Assembly: GCA_045803545.1 (NCBI GenBank)
Contig: JBJMOW010000005.1
Coordinates: 448,001 to 512,000, forward strand
Source of the DNA: Gemmatimonadaceae bacterium
Lineage (GTDB): Bacteria; Gemmatimonadota; Gemmatimonadetes; Gemmatimonadales; Gemmatimonadaceae
Length of the DNA: 64,000 nt
Direction: 5' to 3'
Shown: positions 57,550 to 64,000 of the stretch, one piece after another
Layout of the letters: each line of letters begins with the position of its first letter
Numbering within the stretch: the stretch's first letter is position 1
The notes under the pieces: generated by a model
What the model saw: the letters and a program-made list of their open reading frames with translations, nothing else
Databases searched by the model: none
What the model was told of the DNA's origin: nothing
Position numbers and translations under genes: made by a program

Positions 57550-58485
57550 TTACGATTGGCCTGGCGACGCAGTAGCCTGCGTGCTCGTCGGATTGAGCAG
57601 GGCGACGAACGAACTGTTGCCACCATACTTGACTCCATTGCCGTCACCGTTGCCGTAGGACTTCATCGCAGGGGATAGATCTGGAACCAGACTTGGCTCG
57701 GGTGACGAGCCCTGTCGCCAAACTTCCCACGGCGCCTGGCCTTTGGCATATAGTTCGTCGAAATGCTGCTTGTCCTTGAACGTGTCCATTGAGGCGGTAA
57801 AACCATCGTGCTGGTAAGTGAGCAGCTGGTTCGCCGCGATCAGCCGGTCGAATGGTTCCATCACCAGCTCTTCCCCCGGGAGCATATAGTCGAAGATCTC
57901 ACTGCGAAACAGGAAAAAACCGCCGTTGATTCGCAGATCGGTGTCCATCACCGGCTTTATCTCGCTGACGCGGCCGTCTGCTCCGGAGGTCACCGCGTGA
58001 AAACTCAGGTTGGGTTTGACGCTGACAAAATTCGCGATCTTGCCGCCCCACTTGAACTGCTCGATCACGGACGGGAGGTGCATGTCTGTCAGACCGTCGG
58101 CGTAGTTAGCGAGGAAAGCCTCCTCACCCCGAAGGTATTTGCGGACCGCCATCAGTCGCTGGCCGATATTGGCGTTTACGCCAGTATCCGCGAACGTAAT
58201 TCGCCAGTCCGAGATGTCGCGATTCATCAGCTCGACCTCGCGCCCGCCGTTGGTGAGCACGAAATCGTTGGACCCCGTTTCCTCGTAATTCAGAAAAAAC
58301 TTCTTGATGACATCGGCGCGATAACCGAGGCAGAGAATGAAGTCTGTGTGACCGTAGTGGGCGTAGTACTTCATGAGATGCCACAGAATCGGACGATTGC
58401 CAATCGGCACCATCGGCTTGGGAATGTCTTCCCCGGCCTCGCGCAACCTCATGCCGAGGCCTCCACAGAAAATCACGACTTTCAT
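57550..58485 (-). CDS. rfbF: Glucose-1-phosphate cytidylyltransferase
   Basis: CGGLGMRL..PKPMV.IG.RPILWHLMKYY, DTG, NY.DG, INGGFF and MDTFKD motifs. Confidence 0.88.
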   Translation of the reverse strand: MKVVIFCGGLGMRLREAGEDIPKPMVPIGNRPILWHLMKYYAHYGHTDFILCLGYRADVIKKFFLNYEETGSNDFVLTNGGREVELMNRDISDWRITFADTGVNANIGQRLMAVRKYLRGEEAFLANYADGLTDMHLPSVIEQFKWGGKIANFVSVKPNLSFHAVTSGADGRVSEIKPVMDTDLRINGGFFLFRSEIFDYMLPGEELVMEPFDRLIAANQLLTYQHDGFTASMDTFKDKQHFDELYAKGQAPWEVWRQGSSPEPSLVPDLSPAMKSYGNGDGNGVKYGGNSSFVALLNPTSTQATASPGQS

Positions 58486-59540
58486 GCGCCGGACTCCGCA
58501 AATGCTGTCGCTCCAGCGGATGTCCACCGCAAAGACTCATCGAGCATGCCCGCGGATTGCAGCGCACGAATCCGCTTGATTCGGAAATAGCGATCGCCAA
58601 ACAGCTCCTCTCGAGTCAGGCCATATCGCTCGAATGCATCACGCAGTTGTTCCATGCCACGCCGCACCGTCCATTGCGGCTGGAACTCCGGTAACGTGCG
58701 GCGCAACTTGCTGCACTCCACCCGATAGCATCTCGGGTCAGGTCCGCCTCCCTCGGCGTAGCGAACTTTGCTGCCGGGGACGACTTGCTCCACCAACGCG
58801 CCGAGGTCGCGAACGCGATAGTTCTCCTCCGACCGGCCCACGTTGAAGGCCTGGTTGTGAATCAAGTGTCGGGGCGCGTGCAGCACGGCGATAAAAGCAC
58901 GTGCGATGTCTTCAATGTGTACCAGCGGTCGCCATGGTGTTCCGTCGCTCTGAATCAGGACTTCGCCCGTGGTAAAAGCGACGGCAACGAGGTTGTTCAC
59001 AACGACGTCAGCACGCAATCGTGGTGACAGGCCATAAGCCGTGGCGTTTCGCAGAAAGGTGGGACTGAAGGTTTCGTCGGCGAGCTCGGACACGTCACGC
59101 TCGAAGAGAACCTTCGTCACGCCGTAGGGAGTGATCGGGTTGAAAGCTGCGTGCTCTGTGAGCATCTCATCGCCCGCGACGCCGTACAAGCTGCACGAAG
59201 ACGCGAAGATCAGTCGAGAAACGCCGGCTTCTTTTGCGAGGCGTGCAAGGCGAACGGAGCCGATATGGTTTATATCGAAGGTGCACTGTGGGTTCACGTC
59301 GCCGAGCGGATCATTCGACAACGCCGCCAGGTGCATTACGGCGTCGAACCCTCGCAGATCCTCTACCTCAACGTCTCTCAGGTCGATGCGAAGAGCGTCG
59401 ATCGGAGAAGCATCAGAACCGAACGTACCACCCTCGAAAAGAAAGCTGTCGAGACCAACAACGTCGTGGCCCGCGGCGCGGACCATCGGCGCCAGAACGG
59501 AGCCGATGTAACCGTTGTGACCCGTAATTAGAACGCGCAT
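58482..59540 (-). CDS. NAD-dependent epimerase/dehydratase (extended SDR)
   Basis: TGHNGYIG, HLAALSNDP, SSCSLYG and YGVTK motifs. Confidence 0.9.
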   Translation of the reverse strand: MRVLITGHNGYIGSVLAPMVRAAGHDVVGLDSFLFEGGTFGSDASPIDALRIDLRDVEVEDLRGFDAVMHLAALSNDPLGDVNPQCTFDINHIGSVRLARLAKEAGVSRLIFASSCSLYGVAGDEMLTEHAAFNPITPYGVTKVLFERDVSELADETFSPTFLRNATAYGLSPRLRADVVVNNLVAVAFTTGEVLIQSDGTPWRPLVHIEDIARAFIAVLHAPRHLIHNQAFNVGRSEENYRVRDLGALVEQVVPGSKVRYAEGGGPDPRCYRVECSKLRRTLPEFQPQWTVRRGMEQLRDAFERYGLTREELFGDRYFRIKRIRALQSAGMLDESLRWTSAGATAFAESGA

Positions 59541-60466
59541 TAGGCTGCGCCGACCAGGGTCTCGACGGCCTCGGAACCGATCAGCGGTGTACCGCTCTCA
59601 TAACTCAGACACACATCTTCCGGGAGGTGCTCGAGGTCGGCGACGCGCAAATAGTCGCGCATCGTAGTCCCGGTGCATTCGGAATCGATGTTCGGTGCCC
59701 CTTTGCGATTCAACACGTCGCCAAAGTGGACGGTTCTGAAATCGATGCTGAATCTCGTGCGGCCGGAATCGTTCGGAACACTGGAGTGCATTTGGGCACC
59801 GGCGAAGAGGATCATGCCGCCCGGCGCTGGCAACAGTCTCAACTGGGGATCCAACTCCATCGGCTCCTCAGGTTTCGGCTGTACTCGCGTGTCCGTCTTA
59901 ATGTGCTTCGCCGCTTCGACGCGACTCGTCAGATTCCATTCCGCGTAGTTGTAGTTTCGTGAGCCGTTCTTCACCGGCCGGTTCCAGTATCCCGGATGGA
60001 AGGCCATCGCGTTCGACGGAAGGATCGGATAGATCGGCAGCCACCAGTTGATCTGACACATCGGCGCTGAATACCAGGTGTCACGATGGGGATGAAATGC
60101 GTAAGCGATTCCCGACGTCAGGTAGTTCTCGCTCGTGGACGTGCGCATGCGCGGCACGTCGAAGTAGGTTAGTTCAGGATCACAACCGACGTCGGACAGG
60201 ATCTGCCGGATGTATTGCTTAGAACTCGGGTGATGGATGAACCGAGGCTTTAAATCGGTAAGAAGAGCCGCGTATTCCTCGACGGGCATGTCATGCTGCG
60301 CAAGCTCCGGATCGCGGCCTTGGAATGCCTCCTCGACCATCTCGCGGGCAAAAGCCACCAATTGTTTGGCGCCCGGCGTTGCCGTGTAGACAAACAGCTG
60401 CCCTTGATACAGAAGGTTCCGACGCTCGTCGTCGCCGAGCGCGGGGTCGAAGAAAACGGAATTCAT
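59540..60466 (-). CDS. Hypothetical protein, probable Fe(II)/2-oxoglutarate oxygenase-like fold
   Basis: HRD...INWWLP...HSS.PN...TRFSIDFR matches the HxD..H..RxS layout. Confidence 0.65.
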   Translation of the reverse strand: MNSVFFDPALGDDERRNLLYQGQLFVYTATPGAKQLVAFAREMVEEAFQGRDPELAQHDMPVEEYAALLTDLKPRFIHHPSSKQYIRQILSDVGCDPELTYFDVPRMRTSTSENYLTSGIAYAFHPHRDTWYSAPMCQINWWLPIYPILPSNAMAFHPGYWNRPVKNGSRNYNYAEWNLTSRVEAAKHIKTDTRVQPKPEEPMELDPQLRLLPAPGGMILFAGAQMHSSVPNDSGRTRFSIDFRTVHFGDVLNRKGAPNIDSECTGTTMRDYLRVADLEHLPEDVCLSYESGTPLIGSEAVETLVGAA

Positions 60467-60542
60467 GGTGCCTCCGCCGAAGGCGTGCGAGGAGTGTGCG
60501 ATTTTCGGTTGGGTCGTGATTATGTTGTCGGCGGTCTCGAGG

Positions 60543-60557
60543 GCAACTCACGCGCCC
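60543..60557 (-). promoter_or_regulatory. Putative sigma54 promoter GGGCGCGTGAGTTGC
   Basis: GG-N10-GC with TTGC; enhancer-like TGTGGC-N6-CCGACA at 60615-60632. Confidence 0.65.
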
Positions 60558-60721
60558 ACATCGCTCTTCCTTCGACCCCCCAAAACGAGGGCAAACTGCG
60601 ACCCTGGTTGAACCTGTGGCGTGCGTCCGACAGGTGTGCGGCGAAGGGTCAGCGCGCGAGGTCTGACTTGCATTGGGGGCACATCAATTACCGAGCACCC
60701 CTGATGGCCGTGAGCGGCTTC

Positions 60722-63700
60722 CTACCGATGGATGTAGAGCACTGCGGCACCGCTGAAGGGGGCGGTAAACCGCGTTGTCGAGCTGGCGTTCACCGAACCA
60801 GTAACAACACTCTGGCCAGTGCCCGGATTGAACCATTCCACGGTCCGAGCGCCAGTCACTCCGGAGAGGTTCACGTTGGTACTGCCTCCGCCTGGGAGGA
60901 ACACGACGTATTCACTGCCGACCACGGCCAGACAGTAACCGGTTGATGCGAGATCGCCGCGCGGCACGGCCGCCGCGAGGTTCATCCTGATCGCAATATT
61001 TCGCGCGTAACCCAGATTCTTTCGAATCGCTTCCCAAACGGGATTGCTCGCTGAATAATCACGCGCACCCACTCCCACCGCCGCTCCGTCGTATCCGTCC
61101 ATCAGGATAGGGTTCTGGCCTCTGGTGAGACTGCGCCAAACCCACGCGACATTACCGCATATGCCGCAGAAATGGTCTGTGTCGCCGATGAGGACTTTGC
61201 TGCCGGTCGCCGTCACTGGATTATCGATATTGCCGGCAGGTGATATCCAGTCCGCCGCGCTTCCGTAAAGGTCGGAGTCCACTCCGTTTGGCCACATCGC
61301 GGTAATTCCAATTGGGTGTCTGTTTCCCTTCGTGCTTTCGTAATCGCGAATGACCTGGATTATGTGATATTGCCATCCCTTGGACGTGACATCGCCTTCG
61401 TTGTCAACTTCGAAAAGAACGTTCGGAAGATCGCTGACGGCGTCGACTACTTTACGAACATACGCGTCCTGAATCGAAGTGATTGTGGCATTGTTCAGAG
61501 TCTGCACCTCGATACCGAGCCCATCACCGTTCGCGTCGCCGTTAATGGCGTTGATGTTGTTGGCCGCGTTGAATGGGTGGCCTTTCCAAGGGTTGTTGTA
61601 GGCCGAACCCGGTTTCGTTGTGATGCTCCAACCGTTGAATAGCATGACGGATACATAAATGCCGCGCGCACCAGCATCGATGACTCGTTGACGCACTCGA
61701 TCGAAATAGGACTGGTCGAATTGCATCAGATCGAACTTCGGCTTCCCATCTAGGGCGAGGCCGGGCCCTGTTCGCGAGTATGGCCCGCCCGAGAACCAAT
61801 AGTCGGTGGATATTTCGGCTGTCCATTTCTGTTGTTCCCACGCGTACAACCGGAAAAAGTTGTGACCGTGGGCTACCAGGAAATCGAGGTAGGCCGGGTA
61901 GTTAAAGGCCGGTGGTGGATCTGTCGTTCCGTTGTCCTGCAGATTGCTCCACGTGTGGGATCCAGTCAGGTAAACGATTTGTCCCGCCGGTGTCTCGAAG
62001 TACCTCGGATTGCGCGAGCTCACACGCAACGGGCCTACACCGGATGGCGCGGACGCGACGGCCACCACTGCGCTTCCCGTCTGGCCCTCGCTGGTCGCCG
62101 TGATGCTAGCCGTGCCGGCGACGACTCCGGTTACGACGCCGGTGCCATTCACAGCAACTATTGCGGGCGCATCTGAGCTCCACGCGATGATCCGTCCGGT
62201 CAAGATGTTCGATCGGGCGTCTTTCAAAACAGCTGTGAGAGCCCGCGAGCCGCCAACGGCAATTGTCGTGGATTGGGGAGTAACGGACACGCTAGCTACT
62301 GGAGCGGGAGTAACCGTTAAGGAAGCGGTGCCCGTTTTCCCTTCGCTGGTCGCAGTGATCGCAACCGGTCCTCCTGCCGCGACACCAGTGACCAGACCAT
62401 TCGCATCGACGGTGGCGATGCTTGAATTAGCCGAGGTCCAACCCGTGAGACGCCCCGAAAGTACGTTCCCGTCGGCGTCCGTTAGCGTCGCTGCCAACTG
62501 AACGGTGTTGCCACTAATGACCGAGGCGGACGACGGGTTTACCGCAACTGCAGCGACGGGGACCGGGGTTATCGTGATAACGGAGCTGCCGGTCTTTCCT
62601 TCGCTCGTTGCCGTAATTGTCGTGGTGCCGGCCGACACACCCGTGACCAAACCGTTCGCATCGACTGTCGCGAACGGTTTATCTGACGACCAGCTGACAG
62701 ACCGTCCAGTCAAAGCCGCCCCTTTGGCGTCTTTGGTTGCCGCGGAAAGTTGTTGGGAAGCTCCGATAACTATGGTCGCTGTCGCGGGCGAGACGGTTAC
62801 CGTCGCGACTGGTGGTGGTGTGACCGTGATAAACGCTGTGCCGCTTTGACCTTCGCTGGTGGCTGTAATCGTCGCGGTACCGGTGGCGATGCCCGACACC
62901 AGACCGGTATTTGGATCGACAGTCGCTATGGATGCCGCGCTCGAGGACCAGACCACGCTTCGCCCGGTTAAGATGTTGGCGTTCGCGTCACTGGTAGTTG
63001 CGGCCAATTGCGCTGTTGCACCCGCAACGACAACGGGTGAAGCCGGCGTCACTGAAACCGTCGCTACTGGCACCTGCGCAGCGACGACCGTCACGGCGGA
63101 CGTGCCCGACTGTCCCTCGCTGGTGGCGGTTATCGTCGCCGTGCCTGGTGCGATAGCTGTAATGAGACCGTTCGGATCGACTGACGCGGTGGTTGGACTG
63201 CCGGAAGACCAGGTGATGCTGCGCCCAGTCAGAATGTTGTTGCTCGCGTCTTTCGTTGTCGCCGTCAGCTGCTGGGTGTTGGCGACAACGACACTGGCGG
63301 AGGCGGGGCTGACGACGACGGCAGCGACAGGCACAGGCCCAATAATTGTGGATCCACCCTGCCAATCGTCGATCAGGGCGGCGTTGCCGTACACGCCGAC
63401 GCCAGGCGAGCCACTGCTGAAGGTTGCGTCAGACACGCTGCCGAGCGAGACGCCGTTCTTGTAGACGGTGATCGCTGTCCCAACGGCTTCGAGCTTGACG
63501 ACATCACCGGTCGTGAAAGTTTGGGCGAAGGCGCGCAGGGTGGTCCATACACCGTTAACGACCTTGTCGACTTCAGAGTGGCCGGTACCCGACAGTCCGT
63601 CCGTGAAGAACGCGTAAGCCTTGTATGTGGCTTCTGAAGTTCCCGTCGAGCGGACGCTGAGTTGGACGGCCTGCGTCCAGTTGGCTAAGCCGCCAGCGAT

Positions 63701-64000
63701 CCGGACCTGTGAGTACTGGTCGTTGCCGAAAGTATTGCCGGTCCAAATGACGAAGATGTCGGTCCCGTTGGTCGAGCCTTTGCCGACTCCGCTTCCGTTT
63801 CTGTTGATTGTCGCCGGCGGATCCTGCTGGGCCCACGGGCTACCGAGCGGCCCCGACGTTCCAGTGAACGACTCGGAGTAGCTGACGGTGGAGGTCGCTG
63901 CGGCACTTGCAGCAGTCGGCTCGGAAATCGTCGATGGTTCCGAGGACGGCCCTACGACCCTATCGCTTGCGCAAGAGAGAACAACGAAACTGAGGGCGAG
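60722..64000 (-). CDS. Large lipoprotein, 5'-truncated: beta-sandwich, five Big_2 Ig repeats, glycoside-hydrolase-like TIM barrel (DUF4038-like) and a C-terminal beta domain
   Basis: Manual translation shows the frame open from 64000 (LALSFVVLSCASD, lipobox-like); PLRVSSRNPRYF, YLTGSHTW and FEVDNE motifs. Confidence 0.85.
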   Translation of the reverse strand, partial: LALSFVVLSCASDRVVGPSSEPSTISEPTAASAAATSTVSYSESFTGTSGPLGSPWAQQDPPATINRNGSGVGKGSTNGTDIFVIWTGNTFGNDQYSQVRIAGGLANWTQAVQLSVRSTGTSEATYKAYAFFTDGLSGTGHSEVDKVVNGVWTTLRAFAQTFTTGDVVKLEAVGTAITVYKNGVSLGSVSDATFSSGSPGVGVYGNAALIDDWQGGSTIIGPVPVAAVVVSPASASVVVANTQQLTATTKDASNNILTGRSITWSSGSPTTASVDPNGLITAIAPGTATITATSEGQSGTSAVTVVAAQVPVATVSVTPASPVVVAGATAQLAATTSDANANILTGRSVVWSSSAASIATVDPNTGLVSGIATGTATITATSEGQSGTAFITVTPPPVATVTVSPATATIVIGASQQLSAATKDAKGAALTGRSVSWSSDKPFATVDANGLVTGVSAGTTTITATSEGKTGSSVITITPVPVAAVAVNPSSASVISGNTVQLAATLTDADGNVLSGRLTGWTSANSSIATVDANGLVTGVAAGGPVAITATSEGKTGTASLTVTPAPVASVSVTPQSTTIAVGGSRALTAVLKDARSNILTGRIIAWSSDAPAIVAVNGTGVVTGVVAGTASITATSEGQTGSAVVAVASAPSGVGPLRVSSRNPRYFETPAGQIVYLTGSHTWSNLQDNGTTDPPPAFNYPAYLDFLVAHGHNFFRLYAWEQQKWTAEISTDYWFSGGPYSRTGPGLALDGKPKFDLMQFDQSYFDRVRQRVIDAGARGIYVSVMLFNGWSITTKPGSAYNNPWKGHPFNAANNINAINGDANGDGLGIEVQTLNNATITSIQDAYVRKVVDAVSDLPNVLFEVDNEGDVTSKGWQYHIIQVIRDYESTKGNRHPIGITAMWPNGVDSDLYGSAADWISPAGNIDNPVTATGSKVLIGDTDHFCGICGNVAWVWRSLTRGQNPILMDGYDGAAVGVGARDYSASNPVWEAIRKNLGYARNIAIRMNLAAAVPRGDLASTGYCLAVVGSEYVVFLPGGGSTNVNLSGVTGARTVEWFNPGTGQSVVTGSVNASSTTRFTAPFSGAAVLYIHR

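Overview
GC-rich bacterial chromosomal window, most consistent with Gemmatimonadota by gene repertoire and style (inference only). In order it contains: (1) a transport block with an SSS symporter, a GlcNAc-kinase-like ATPase, a GltP-type symporter, two APC permeases and a K+-independent membrane pyrophosphatase; (2) a four-helix-bundle gene enclosed by a 65-bp inverted repeat built from heptamers; (3) a tonB-tonB-exbB-exbD-exbD-tonB-like motor locus beside an OmpR-type two-component system; (4) two minor type IV pilin clusters (FimT/PilV/PilW/PilX-like) flanking an ECF sigma module whose putative anti-sigma and outer-membrane partner both end in glycogen-binding (CBM48/AMPK-beta-like) domains; (5) peroxiredoxin and TrxC; (6) a ~35-kb exopolysaccharide locus with an NtrC-family sigma54 activator, Wzc/Wza/priming transferase, many glycosyltransferases and modifying enzymes, a c-di-GMP-I riboswitch and two Ig-repeat lipoproteins. 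Best leads, all read by eye: a 29-bp ECF-type promoter (TGTGAC-N18-AGTC) found four times, linking the glycan-binding ECF module to pilin cluster 1; a palindromic enhancer (YGTNGC-N6-GCNACA) repeatedly paired with sigma54 -24/-12 boxes across the EPS locus; and the inverted-repeat-bounded four-helix-bundle cassette. No rRNA, tRNA, CRISPR array or transposase was seen. All family calls rest on motif recognition, not database searches.
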